The position numbers and the translations under genes were made by a program. The notes beneath the pieces were generated by a model. The model worked only from the letters and a program-made list of their open reading frames with translations. It ran no database searches and had not been told where the DNA came from. From assembly GCA_002189035.1 (NCBI GenBank), contig NEEC01000010.1, forward strand, positions 1,922,001 through 1,986,000: 64,000 nt of DNA, read 5' to 3'. Source of the stretch: Utricularia gibba. Lineage: Eukaryota > Plantae > Magnoliophyta. Shown here one piece after another: positions 43,077 to 55,469 of this stretch (the stretch's first letter is position 1; each line of letters begins with the position of its first letter).

Positions 43077-43438
43077 CTAGAATATCAGGGCACCATAGGC
43101 CACCGCCACGGCGGCAGATCCAGCGACAGCGGCTGCTGCAATCTTCTTTCCGGCGGCTGCGCTAGTCGGCGCAGGAGCCGGCGCTTCCGCGATAGACGGC
43201 GAGTGAGGCGCGGGGGCGGTGGCAGGTGACAGTGGAGGGGCGGAGGGGAGGAGGATGCTGGAGGAACAGCCGTCGGGGGCGTCGCCACGACGGAGGGCGG
43301 AGGTGATGGAACCGCGGCGTGGTGCTGCGGACTCGCTGCCTTCGGAGCGGCTGCAGGAGAAACCTTGGGGGCAGCCGCCAGAGATTGGGCGAGAGCAGAT
43401 CCGGCAAACAGAGCAAATATGAGGAAGAGAACCGCCAT
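43077..43438 (-). CDS. Classical arabinogalactan protein, with one frameshift at about 43237-43240
   Basis: Signal peptide MAVLFLIFALFAGSALAQS and Pro/Ala/Ser/Thr-rich body. Adding one C restores PPLSPATAPAPHSPSIAEAPAPAPTSAAAGKKIAAAAVAGSAAVAVAYGALIF* (GPI-like tail, TAG at 43079-43077). Confidence 0.85.
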
Positions 43439-44900
43439 TGCCGTCGAATCTCTGAAGCTCGAGGGACAGATGATTTTACTCCAGGGGATGGGAAAACGCT
43501 CCTTTTTATAGAGCGGTTATATTGTTTATTAACTTTTATTCTCAAAAAAATAAAAAAAAATGGGAATTTAAAAGGCGTCTTTTATTATTTGAACCTTATT
43601 TTATTATAAATATTTTATTCATTTTTGTGGGAAGTTGCTGAATTAGGAAGCTTGAGGAGCTTGTGATTATTCCTGAAAAGGAAATTATAATAATAATAGT
43701 AATCAATAAATAAGCATATTAAGCATTATTTATTACAATAATTTCACAAGGGGCAGGCCAAGAAAGCATCCTCATCGATTCCTTCGACCTAATTGCTTGA
43801 AAATCCTCTTGAACGAAGGCAGTGGAGGTCGTTCCCGCGCCTCCGATTGCGAGGGATAATGTCGAAGGCGGTTAGGCGGAGGTGGCCAGTGGTGATTATG
43901 AGGCGGTTATTGATGGATTTGCACGGTAGCTGGGATTGATCTGATGCTTTGCTTTCAGTTGCACGCTAACGACGGCATCAACACGTCACTGAAGATGACA
44001 AGGTTCCCGTGGTTTGTTTCGCAGGTGTATGCATTTCCGTTTTCCTTTTCGGTGTATGTGCTTTGTGGTGGTGAAAAGGACGAGACAATCTTCTGGTTGT
44101 GTCCTTTCATGCATCCTGGTTTGAAGGCGTAACCTGTGTCCCTTATCTTTTGCTTAGGGATTCGTCGGTTCAGTTTTATGTATGTTGAACACCGGGGGCT
44201 GTTCAAGAAATGCTGGTACGTATGCTGATATCTGTACCTATCAAAAACGGGTGGTGGCAATGGAAGTTTGAATCCTGAAAAATTATGGAACCCATCACCA
44301 AGTAGAGGTTCTATTACCTTGCTGAGACAAAGTAGTTCAAGCAAGACAAATATGAAATTTAGTTGAATTCTGAGTTCTGTCCTGCACTCTCTGTTGGTCT
44401 TTTTCTTAATCCAGGTGACATCTCGTAGTAAACGCAAACGGTGGCAGCAGGGGTTTCCATCTTCTGTCATTCTTTTACACAGTGGAGTACACTAACGCGC
44501 ATAAGAGCAAATTGGCTTGTAAGTGAGAGGGCAGACACGCATCTCACGTTCCCGTTCTTGTAAATTGCAGGGACCCATTGCAGGCGGAGAGTTTCTGTTA
44601 CGCAGATGAAAATTGCAGGGCGTACATCTTTACAGATGAATCATGTCTGGATTTCATCTTATCCAAAGGTGTCATTTGCAGAAACAATGAACTATCTTTG
44701 GCAATGTGCCAAAGAGTGAAACAATTGCAATGCTTATATTAGGGAGCACGAAGATGAAGTTTTTGGCTCATAAGTCTATCACAAACAGCAAAGGAAGGGC
44801 TTGGTTCTTGAAAAAGAAGCAGCCCAAGTTTTAACTTTTTATTCCTCAGTTGCTGAAAGACAGAAGCCTTCTTTAGTGACTGATGAATACTACTCGGGCT

Positions 44901-46624
44901 CTAGAGTGGACCTGGGAACGTCCCATTTTCTCTTTGCTCATTCCACCTTTCAACCTGTTTCGAAAATAAAAAGGCATTTCTCAGTCTCGAGGAAAGAATG
45001 AAGAAGAGCAATTCCTGTTTCCTGGTCGAAGAACAATGCTTTCTAGTTTTTTTATGCAAAATTTAACTACTTGTCAATATGGAAAAGTCTGATTCTTTAA
45101 TCGGTGCAAAGAGCATACATACCCATTCACCAGGGCATAGGGAACGGTAGTACTTGGCAAACTTGTCACACTCCGGGGCTCCATCGCCCTTAGCTGCAAT
45201 ACATCTGATGACAGAATGAAGAGGTCGAGAATGATTAGACTTTAGAGACTTTCCTATTAGTCAGCAGGATTGCATTATAATATATTGCCAGGGGGAAGAG
45301 AACATGCTGAACCATGGAAATGAAGGATGAGCATCAAATGAAGTACAGGTAGGCTGACTTACCGGTGATATTCAATATATCTAGTGAAGCAATGCCTTGT
45401 CTGGTTGGTAGTTGGGAAACGGAAGTCAGCAGGTGCTGTCTCTAGCTGCAAGGCAAAGAAGAGTTAAGGTGCTGGGCCAGGAACATCACCTAGGCGTGGT
45501 ATTGGTATGGGCTTAGTAAAACCTTGATCTCAGCAGGCACTTCCGATTCTTGGTCATTTGTGTTCTCAGATTCCTCAACTTCACTGCTTTCTTCAACAGG
45601 GCTTGGTGCGATATCATCAGCCTTAGCCTCATCAGGAGGACTTGATTCCTCGCTTTCTTCGGCAGCAACACCAGTTGTTTTACCCTCTACTTCTGAAGCA
45701 GGAGCTTGAGTCCCGGAAACATCACCTACAGTTTCCTCAACAGTTACTGCAGCACTTTCCTCAAGAGGTGCATCAGTTGTTGGTTTTTCAACAGTTACTG
45801 CAGCGCTTTCCTCAAGAGGTGCATCGATTGTTGGTTTAACCTCAGGCTCTTCAACAGCTACTGGAGCGCTTTCCTCAAGAGGTGCATCAATTGTTGGTTT
45901 AACCTCAGACTGTTCAACACTTTGTGCAGCCGCTATGTGCTTTGGTGCTTCATCCTGTAGTAAATATTCCTACACTCCCAATGACTCAACAATAAGACCA
46001 ATTATAATGTTACATCCAAATCCACCAGAAAAAACACAAAGCAGGCAACAGAACAAACATCCCCGAACTCCAGCTCCAACGATCAGCAGAACAGGACATG
46101 AGAATCTGGACATATTTTAACTACATTTCCAACAAGGTTAGAATACTAGGAATTAACCACCCAATCTCCACTGATTGCTTGTTTTGATACAGTCAACCCC
46201 ACGGATTTAAAACCGTTTGTTTTTTGTCACACAAAATTGATGTCAGGCTGTGTTCTTATTATAGGGAAACAAGCAAGAAAAACAAGGATGAACTGCATCT
46301 CATAAACAACCCAGGAATTGGCATTCAGCGCATAATACATACTATTCAACCCAATTCAAGGGTAAAAATCTGTAACAGTATCGAATTCGGACCAGTCATG
46401 ATCGATGAAGAACACACAAAAATAATCAAAACCAAACATTGAATCCAGGATTTTCCGCAGGAGCAGCACAATCGCAGCTATCAACTAACTTTTTAATGCA
46501 AATTCAGTTAACAGCCCCAGACGACCAATACAACGAACCAATAGAATGCATATAATCTCTTGAAAACCACGATCCCGATTACCTCAGCTAGAGATTGGAC
46601 CTTTGCGATGTCTACCCCTGCCAT
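44901..46624 (-). CDS. COX6B-1: Cytochrome c oxidase subunit 6b-1 (long form with acidic N-terminal extension), 5 exons, 230 aa
   Basis: Exons 46583-46624, 45523-45954, 45363-45445, 45123-45204, 44901-44954 join in frame (693 nt). C-terminal domain LETAPADFRFPTTNQTRHCFTRYIEYHRCIAAKGDGAPECDKFAKYYRSLCPGEWVERWNEQRENGTFPGPL*. Not in the ORF track. Confidence 0.95.
45739..45915 (-). repeat. Coding tandem repeat (63+63+51 nt) in COX6b-1 exon 2
   Basis: Units start at 45739, 45790 and 45853 on +, each with core gc(a/g)ctttcctcaagaggtgcatc. Peptides VEQSEVKPTIDAPLEESAPVA / VEEPEVKPTIDAPLEESAAVT / VEKPTTDAPLEESAAVT. Confidence 0.9.
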
Positions 46625-47150
46625 TGGAGAACGCTGGAATCCGATGAGTACACCTACGAAATCAACCACGAGCTGAGGTCGGTACAGAACAACAGTCCCG
46701 AGTACCGCATGGTGAGACTAAGATACCGTGCTTCAGGCCCAAAACGATTGATACAGGTAATAAAGCCCAAAATAAAACCCTTGGTGTTTCGAATCCCAAC
46801 AAAAAAAGAAAAAAAAAAGAAAAAGCGAACAGGGTTGGATAACAATGAAATTGAATATTCCAAACGAGAAATATTGTATATAATAAATCGAAAACTAATA
46901 TTGCTATTTAAATAGAAGAATTTAAATAATTTTCAGATTTTTATTTAATAAAGAAATATAAAATTGTAATAAATTAATTAAAAATGGATAACATAGTAAA
47001 ATCACATTGACACGGAAAAGATTGAACTTGGCAAGAAGCTCATTGCAGTGTTTTCATTTTGCTTCTAACATCATCAATGTCTGAAAGTGAAGTATTCTTT
47101 GGAACATAAGTGAAAGTGGGGAAGCTAAGAACTGGAGCTTGGAAGCTTGT

Positions 47151-48356
47151 TCAATGTTGGTCTTCCTCCTCAGGCTTCGCAGCAGCTTCTTTCCCTTCGT
47201 CGCCTCCGTTTTCCTGCTTCATAAAACAAGAATGAGCATTGCGGAAGAATGGTATGTCGTAGAAAGCAGTTCCATTACCTGCATATCTGAGGTCCATAGG
47301 GTGAGATTGTCACGAAGGAGCTGCATGATCAGGGTGGTGTCTTTATAGGACTCCTCTCCCAGAGAATCCAGTTCTGAGATTGCTTCATCAAATGCCTTGG
47401 AAAATGCAGGCCGCATTTCAAAATCCACTTCTTCATAGAGCAGGAAAGTAAGAGGAAGGATCAAGTGGGTACCTGTTTGGCGAGATTACAGGCTCGATCT
47501 GGAGAGTTCAGGATCTCGTAGTAGAAAACAGAGAAGTTCAATGCCAAACCAAGACGGATTGGGTGCGTTGGAGCAAGCTCTGCGTTAGCAATATCCTGGA
47601 TTTCCAGAGGAGTCAAATTGATATCTTTCAACTTCACCATGAAATTTGCTTAGATTCTACTACGCTAAACAAGCCTGGAGTACATGGGGCTGACAAGAAG
47701 GAACAGATCATGATAACGGAAATGAAAATGGGAAATCATCAAACCCAGGAGAGGTTATCGCTCTGAGGCATGAATTCAGCAAATATAGCCGAAATTCATG
47801 AAGATCTACGGATGGAAACGCTTGATACGCAATCAATGTCATTTTAGATTAACAGGATTTGGAGAAGAGGGGAAACCTGTGCGGATTGGTAGGCGTTGAG
47901 CGTGCTCTCAGCCGATTCCTTTCTCTCGGCGCCTGTTTTGAACTCAGCCAAGTACCGGTGATAATCGCCCTTCATTTTCAGATAAAAAACTTTAGAATCG
48001 CTTGCGGAAGCGGAGGGAATCAGCCGCGAATCGAGAAGTTTGAGGATGCCATCGCAGATCCCGCAGAGCTCTGTCTCGATCTTCGATCTGTATCCCTTAA
48101 TCGCGGAAACGTGATCCTCGTTCCCCCGCGACTCCTCCTTCTGCTCAATCGACGATATAATCCGCCACGACGCCCGCCGCGCCCCGATTACATTCTTGTA
48201 CGCGACGGAGAGTAGGTTCCTCTCGTCCACAGAGAGCTCCTCATTCTCCGGCAACGCCATCGACACTTTCTCCATGAACTCCACCATCTCCTCGTACCGC
48301 TCCGCCTGCTCGGCCAGCTTGGCCATATACACGTTCTCCTCACGCGCCTCCGCCAT
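47151..48356 (-). CDS. GF14: 14-3-3 protein (GF14, non-epsilon-type 4-exon structure)
   Basis: [81 protein letters not shown]. Last exon [20 protein letters not shown]. Confidence 0.96.
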
Positions 48357-48858
48357 GGATGGATTTGTCGGTGTTCTCAGTGAAGACAAAGGAAATTTGT
48401 GGCTCCCGAGAAAACTATATATCGGAAAAATGGGAAGCACTGAGGCGAACGAGGAGATTCCTTGGCCGCTACTGTGCAACGACTGCGGCGGACGCGGCGG
48501 CTACAATCACCTTTGACGGTTGGCCATTACTAATTTTAAACAGATCCTATTTTTAGGAATATTCCGGACATTCAATTGTCATTAATCCAGTGATAAAATC
48601 AGCAAATAAACAAATCATTTAAATTTAGTGTAATATTAAGAAAATTACAATATAATACTCATAATATGTCTACTTTTTTATAATATTCATAAAAAACTCA
48701 TTTTGAAATAAATATATTCGTAAATCTTTTATTAAACAAATGCTTTATTCGTGAACCGTACGCCCCAGACATCTATGGCGTCCTCAAGCAATATACATAC
48801 ACAGCAAACTCCATAGTACGGATTACGCTCAAGCTTGTAAACGGCGGCAACACGAGAA

Positions 48859-51165
48859 CTAATAGCTGCTCCGAGAATTCATCCTGCGTTTCCTGAGGCG
48901 CTCGGCGATGATGAAAGCAAGCTCCAGAGACTGGGAAGCATTGAGCCTGGGATCGCAGTGGGTGTGGTATCTGGAGCTCAGGTCGTCGAATGTCACCGTT
49001 CTGGATCCGCCGATGCACTCGGTTACATTTTGGCCGGTCATCTCCAAGTGCACACCGCCGGGGTAGCTCCCTTCTTGCTCGTGCACGTCGAAGAAGGCTC
49101 TCACTTCGGCCTGTCATGAGTTGAAATGGCAAGGTTCTTATCAGCAAGAAATAACTAGTCTTTGGGTAGTTTCTTATCAGCAATGGATTTGCAGTAATAA
49201 CAGTAGTAAGATGTAAGGACGCCATAGCGTTGGATATGGATTTTCCTTCACCTAACAGAGAAGTTTCTAAGCAGCCATCTATGAGCAAGATGCATCAACA
49301 ACCTCAAGAACCGTCAATGTTGACAATTCATTTTTTGTTTTAATTGATTTCAACATCTGAAACTGCTACTGTAGTATCCAAATTACTCAGCTGATGTAAA
49401 TCTCTATTGATTCCAAAAGGAAGTACTCAAATAAAACATGTGCGCACAGTTCAAGTATAGCTAGAACCCTGAAACTAATGGAAAAAGGTGAAAGTTGAGA
49501 GAGCTTACTCTTATGGCGTCGAAAGGGCGAGTCTTCAGACCGCAGGGTGCTTTGATGGTGTTTCCGTGCATGGGATCGGAGACCCATGTAACGATATGAC
49601 CGGCCCGACGCACTGCCCTGATCAAATGAGGAAGCTTCACTCTCATGTTCTCTGCTCCCATTCTTGTAATTATGGTTATTCTTCCTGGTTTGTTTTGGGG
49701 ATTCAAAATCTGTATCAGCTTCACTAGCTCATTGGGATCCATCTTGTCGCTCACCTGAAAACATGGATTACGGCATTGAGCATTCAAGAAACCAAGCCTC
49801 ATAACAGCAAAAACATATCATAAGTCGGATGGTAATACCTTAATTCCCAGAGGATTTGCGATTCCTCTTAGGAACTCCACATGGGCGCCATCCAATTGGC
49901 GGGTTCGTTCTCCTACCCACAAGAAATGGGCGGAGCAATCGTAGAAGAAACCAGATGTTGAATCAAGCCGGGTGAGAGACTGCTCGTAAGGCAAGAGCAA
50001 ACACTCATGGGATGTCCAAAACTCAGTTGTCTTCATCACAGGATGATCCATTGTCAACCCAGCAGCCTGCATAAATCCTAAGGCCTCATCCACACGGCTA
50101 GCAAGTTCCCGGTAGCTGCATCAAATATTTCAAACAATTTCACAACCATGAACACGGTGGCAGCCATGATCAATATATGAGGACATACCGATCTCCCTGC
50201 TCGCTGTGCTCCGTGAAATCCAAGTTCCATTGAGTAACCCTTTGCATCGCAGCGTAACCTCCAGTTGCAAAGGCTCTCAGCAGATTCAAAGTTGCAGCAG
50301 ATTGACAATAAGCCCTGATCATCCTCTGTGGATCTGGGATTCTAGATTTTTCATCAAATGCATCTCCGTTAATATTATCCCCTCTATAAATCGGCAACTT
50401 AATACCATTCCTTTCCTCAAAAAGACCAGATCTAGGCTTCGCAAATTGACCAGCCATTCTTCCCACCTGTTTCCAGATAATGCAACAAATCAATCAATAC
50501 TGCACTCGTTGCTTAGCATTCACAAGAGAAAGGGAATAGGGGAGCAATATCAGAATCAGGGGAAATCCCATAGCCCCTTTTGCATCAGTTTCACGAAAAA
50601 CAGAGACGGAAAAGGATGGAAAATTAGATACCTTTATGACGGGAAGTTGGCCACCGAACATCAAGACAGCGCCCATCTGAAGGAGAACTCTGAAAGTATC
50701 CCTAATGTTATTAGCATTGAACTCCTTAAAGCTCTCAGCACAATCCCCTCCTTGCAAAAGGAAAGCATTCCCCATAGCAGCCTCCGCCAGCCTTTCCTCC
50801 AAATTCCTAGCCTCACCCGCAAACACAATCGGCGGAAAAGCATCAAGAGTCCTCAAAACCGACTCCAGCTCATCCTTGTTCGGATACTCCGGCAACTGCA
50901 AAGCCGTCTTCGACTTCCAACTATCCAAAGCCCATTTCTTCCTAACAACCGCCGTCTCAGCCGCTGACACAGCGGGTGAAGCGGCGGCGGGAACAATGGG
51001 TTTCTTGGGGCTCGAAGCATCGGCGGAATGGATCGCAGAAATGGGTTTCACGGTGGCCGATTTGACGGAGAAAACATGCTGACGAACCGATGATACAGAA
51101 GAAGAGACATCGGAAATGCAGGTGGGCTTATTGGGGAGAAGGGAGTTGTTGGCGGCGAGAGCCAT
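48859..51165 (-). CDS. DHS: Class II DAHP synthase (phospho-2-dehydro-3-deoxyheptonate aldolase), plastidic, 5 exons
   Basis: Transit peptide [13 protein letters not shown]. Motifs [98 protein letters not shown]. Confidence 0.97.
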
Positions 51166-52434
51166 GTGCAAGAACAGCTAGTAAACAACCGCGGTTCAAC
51201 TCAGACACCAAAAATTCTCCTTGAAGCGGCAGACGAGAAACGGGAAGCGTATTTATGAACAGAGAAGGAGGTTGGGGTGGTTGGTGGGTGAAGCGCAAAA
51301 CCTTAGGGAAGCTCAATGGCGTTATTGGTGGCGCCATTGCCACGACCCCCAAGTCCCAACAACCCAATTTTTCTGATTTTCAAAGGGCAAAATCGTCATT
51401 AACACAAAACGCCCGTTGCATTTTTTAATTGAATATTCATTTTAGTAGCATATTTTCATTTATTCAATATAAAATATTTGTTGAAATAATTTACATAAAC
51501 ATATAATTTAAAAAACATAAATAATCAAATATAAAATATTACTCAATAGATGAAAAGCTGTATAGTTATTTTGGTATATAATATTCTCAAAAATCTTTTC
51601 AGAATAAAAGCGATGATATTAATTTTTATTTAACATATGAGGTCATGTTTTATTATAAATATTAACATAAAACATTTTTTTCTATTGTCGCATACGAAAC
51701 ACGAGAAATGGGCCTGAGCCCGAGCAACATCATCAACTCAATAGCGCTTAGCTCCAAAACCACCTCGTGCTGAATTGAATTAAGGCACGTGCCGGCAAGA
51801 CATGGGCAGCGTGCCCTATATTTCAAAATTCTAATTACTATTTATTTGCTTTTTCTTCTTTCCAATAAATGCAGCGTGCCCTAAATTTATTATTTATTTC
51901 CAGTATTACATAAATGGGTTTTTAATTTTCATACCAATTTTTTTCTATGAAAATAGGGCTTTAATTTCATTAGAAAATTTGGGAAAAATTAATGTGATTT
52001 TATTTGAAAAAAAAATAAATAGTCTTCAATAATTGGTCGGCATGCATAGGATTCCGAGGCACGCAAATATCGAAGTTCTGCGCGGCCAACTGGAGCCCAG
52101 TCATCTTTCCAGCCTGTTGTCCCTATCAGCCTACTTTTGTAAACTACTGAAATACCCCTAAAAGAGGATTTTGAAGTAGGGCGTCTAGGGGTAATTCAGG
52201 TATTACACGCGGCACCTCTGTATTGGGAAGCACGCGATTAGGAAGGAAACTGCGGGAATATGGACAGCTGTCTCTGCTGTGAAGTCCGATCTCATCCATT
52301 ACGCGTCCTAGCGAGTCGTATTTATATAGCCACAGGCTGGGAGGGTTTGTATCTCTGAGTTTCTCTGTTGGGTTTTGTGTAGTGAGAAGGAGAGGAGAGT
52401 TCTGTAGTTTAAGAGGGTTTTTGGTTCATCAACA

Positions 52435-53358
52435 ATGGCGAGTACTGCTTTTTGGGTAATGTGGTTGTGCGTTTTAGCTCTTTTCCAGGTGGGCTTTGGT
52501 TCTGGTGAAGATCAGCAAAATTTGCTTCTCCGGTACCACGATGGGGCGCTCCTCCGGGGCAGAATCGCGGTTAATCTGATCTGGTACGGGAAGTTTAAAG
52601 CCGCCCAGCGGGCGATTGTCTCGGATTTCGTCAATTCTGTGTCGTCCGCAGCTGTGGGGTCGCCGACGGTGGGAGATTGGTGGAAGGCCGTCGAGAAGTA
52701 TTATGATATCGCGGGCTCTAAGAAACTGGCACCGCTGTCGCTTTACCTGGGGAAGCAGGTTTTGGTTGAGGATTACTCGCTTGGGAAATCTCTATCGGAG
52801 AAGCAGATTGTTCAGTTGGCGTCGATGGGTGACGATAAAAACGCCGTGAACGTGGTTCTCACGGCGGCGGACGTCGCGGTGGCCGGATTCTGCGTGAATC
52901 GCTGCGGCACCCACGGCTCCAAAAGCGCGATGATGAAGGGGAAGAAGAATTACAAAATGGCCTACATTTGGGTGGGCAATTCCGAGACCCAGTGCCCTGG
53001 CTACTGCGCCTGGCCGTTTCATCAGCCCGTCTACGGCCCCCAGAATCCGCCTCTCGTCGCCCCCAACAACGACGTCGGATTAGACGGGATGGTAATGAAT
53101 TTAGCCTCCCTTCTCGCCGGAACTGCAACAAATCCATTTGGGAATGGGTTTTATCAGGGTCCGGCGACCGCGCCCCTGGAAGCCGCCACCGCCTGCCCCG
53201 GTATCTACGCGAAAGGGGCGTACCCTGGCTACGCCGGCGACCTTCTAGTAGACCCTACTACCGGCGCAAGCTACAACGCCAACGGCGCTAACGGCCGCAA
53301 GTATCTGCTTCCGGCAATCTACGATCCCTCCACGTCAACATGCTCCACTCTCGTTTGA
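52435..53358 (+). CDS. EXO: EXORDIUM/PHI-1 family secreted protein, copy 1 (intronless)
   Basis: Intact 307-aa ORF with signal peptide, [69 protein letters not shown]. Confidence 0.95.
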   Translation: MASTAFWVMWLCVLALFQVGFGSGEDQQNLLLRYHDGALLRGRIAVNLIWYGKFKAAQRAIVSDFVNSVSSAAVGSPTVGDWWKAVEKYYDIAGSKKLAPLSLYLGKQVLVEDYSLGKSLSEKQIVQLASMGDDKNAVNVVLTAADVAVAGFCVNRCGTHGSKSAMMKGKKNYKMAYIWVGNSETQCPGYCAWPFHQPVYGPQNPPLVAPNNDVGLDGMVMNLASLLAGTATNPFGNGFYQGPATAPLEAATACPGIYAKGAYPGYAGDLLVDPTTGASYNANGANGRKYLLPAIYDPSTSTCSTLV

Positions 53359-54072
53359 TTTTGAATTTTGTATAGTTTTCAGCTTTTGCATATGCACGAT
53401 TCATTTAATTTATAAAAAAAAACATCTATTCAATTTTTTCAAAAATTCAATTTTATGTTTCATATCCGGTCCGGGTCCTGCTCCATCGACCCGGTAGCCG
53501 GCCCCACAAATTTTACCAATAGTAGGTCTGGACTCTGGACCTGTTACACAACCCTTCTTTATCCGATAAAAGTAAACGCTATTAATTTAATTTGTTACAA
53601 TAAATAAAATAATTGAAATTAGATGCCATTATTATTTTTGGAATAAAAAAATTAATGGAACGCGATGTGGCGATTTTATTACAAGGCTTACTATTTAAAT
53701 ATTGTAATAGCCAACTGACACCTACAACCCGAGGGCGAGATTTCAAAGCCGGTGGTTTGTTAGGCAAGCCTAACCAACATCCTATCCAGCCTTTATCCAT
53801 TTTTTTATATTATTCTTTTTTTAATCGCCAAAAAATGGACCATTTCTCGATTTATACGTGTCACCGTGTGGGGCCCATATCATTGCACCGTTTTCCGAAT
53901 TTGGTAAAATTATAAATGTAATAAAAAATAATAAAATGGGTATATTTATCAATTTTATCTCGCATAATATGTTTTTATTTAAATATGGGTATTAAATAAA
54001 ATTTGTAATTTTTATTGTATGGATTTAAATAGATTAATAATTAATTTCTGTTAACATAATAAATTAGAATTT

Positions 54073-54097
54073 GGGTAATTGGGGATTGGGAATTGGG
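54073..54097 (+). other. Canonical G-quadruplex-forming motif upstream of EXO copy 2
   Basis: GGGTAATTGGGGATTGGGAATTGGG matches G3+N1-7 x4. A reverse telo-box TAGGGTTT follows at 54110-54117. Confidence 0.5.
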
Positions 54098-54410
54098 ATA
54101 GGTGTGTTTTAGGGTTTATTGGTGTGAATTGATTTCTTTAATTTATTAAAAAGTGGAATAATGGAGTGAAGGACACAGCTCATCGATTAGGTTTTTGGTC
54201 AAAGGGGAATTAAAGAAATCAAACACGCTGACAGCTGCAGTGCACTGAACCGGTAATGGCGGAAATTGGGATAGGGACGCGCCATGCAAACCAACGGGAA
54301 GCCCGCAAGGGGGAAAGGGAAGCTTCATTTCGGGTTTCGTTTTCTTCTCTGTATAAAGACCTTAACATCGCCTTCCCTCCCAAACCAACAAGCGTCTCCC
54401 GCTATCAACT

Positions 54411-55333
54411 ATGGCTCGAGTTCTTCTTCTTCTTCTGTTGTTGCCTGCCTTCTTCCATCTTTCTCTCGCTGCAACTCTCGCCCCTGAGGGTTCGTCCATG
54501 CCCTGAAATACCATGGGGGTTCTCTTCTTAAAGGGAGCATTTCGGTTAATTTGATCTGGTATGGGGAATTCAGCGCCGCCCAGAAAGGGGTGATCGCGGA
54601 TTTCGTTACGTCTATCTCCGATTCGTCGTCGCCGGCGCCATCGGTGTCCGCCTGGTGGAAATTTGTGGAGAAGTATTACCTGTTGGCGAACCCGAAGAAG
54701 CCCAATTCGGTGTCTCTGCTTTTGGGTAAACAAATTGTTGTCGACGGCAACAGCCTCGGGAAATCTCTGTCTGAGAAGCAGATCGTTCAGTTGGCGTCCA
54801 TGGGCGAGGATAGGAACGCCGTGAATGTTGTTCTCACGGCAGCGGACGTCACCGTTCCAGGATTCTGCGTTAACCGGTGCGGTACCCACGGATCCAAAAG
54901 CGCGATGATGAAGGGTAAGAAGAATCACAAATTCGTGTACATTTGGGTGGGGAATTCCGAGACCCAGTGCCCTGGCTACTGCGCATGGCCGTTTCATCAG
55001 CCCATTTACGGTCCTCAGAACCCGCCGCTGGTCGCCCCTAACAACGACGTCGGATTGGATGGAATGGTCATAAATCTGGCCTCTCTTCTCGCCGGAGCTG
55101 CCACGAATCCGTTTGGCAACGCATTTTATCAAGGTCCGCCCACCGCACCCTTGGAGGCGGCCACCGCCTGTACCGGTATCTACGGGAAAGGGGCGTACCC
55201 TGGTTACCCCGGCGACCTTCCGGTCGACCCCACCACCAAAGCAAGCTATAACGCCCACGGTGCCGCTGGCCGGAAGTTTTTGTTACCGGCGATATACGAT
55301 CCATCGACCTCCACGTGCTCCACCATCGTTTGA
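54411..55333 (+). CDS. EXO: EXORDIUM/PHI-1 family secreted protein, copy 2; frameshift at about 54501-54503
   Basis: ATG at 54411 gives signal peptide [20 protein letters not shown], then ATG CCC TGA. One extra C gives [21 protein letters not shown], in frame with ORF 54551-55333, which carries all PHI-1 motifs. Confidence 0.9.
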
Positions 55334-55469
55334 CCCACCCATATTTGACTTTTTTTTCTGTTGAAAAGAAAAATAGTGATTTTTTTTTTTTTTGTGAAGT
55401 AGTGTTTGTTGATGAAAAGTAAACAAATATTAATTGTAAGGTGTTTTTTGAACTGTTGAATTAATGCGT

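Noticed and set aside
21876-51165. PGI1, DHS and 14-3-3 as a plastid carbon/shikimate gene cluster
   Set aside because: PGI1 is more than 20 kb away with unrelated genes between, and the sequence gives no support beyond proximity.
54362-55258. 298-aa minus-strand ORF, and similar long antisense ORFs over DHS, UBP and SABRE exons
   Set aside because: Antisense shadows of GC-rich or long coding exons, with no independent motifs.
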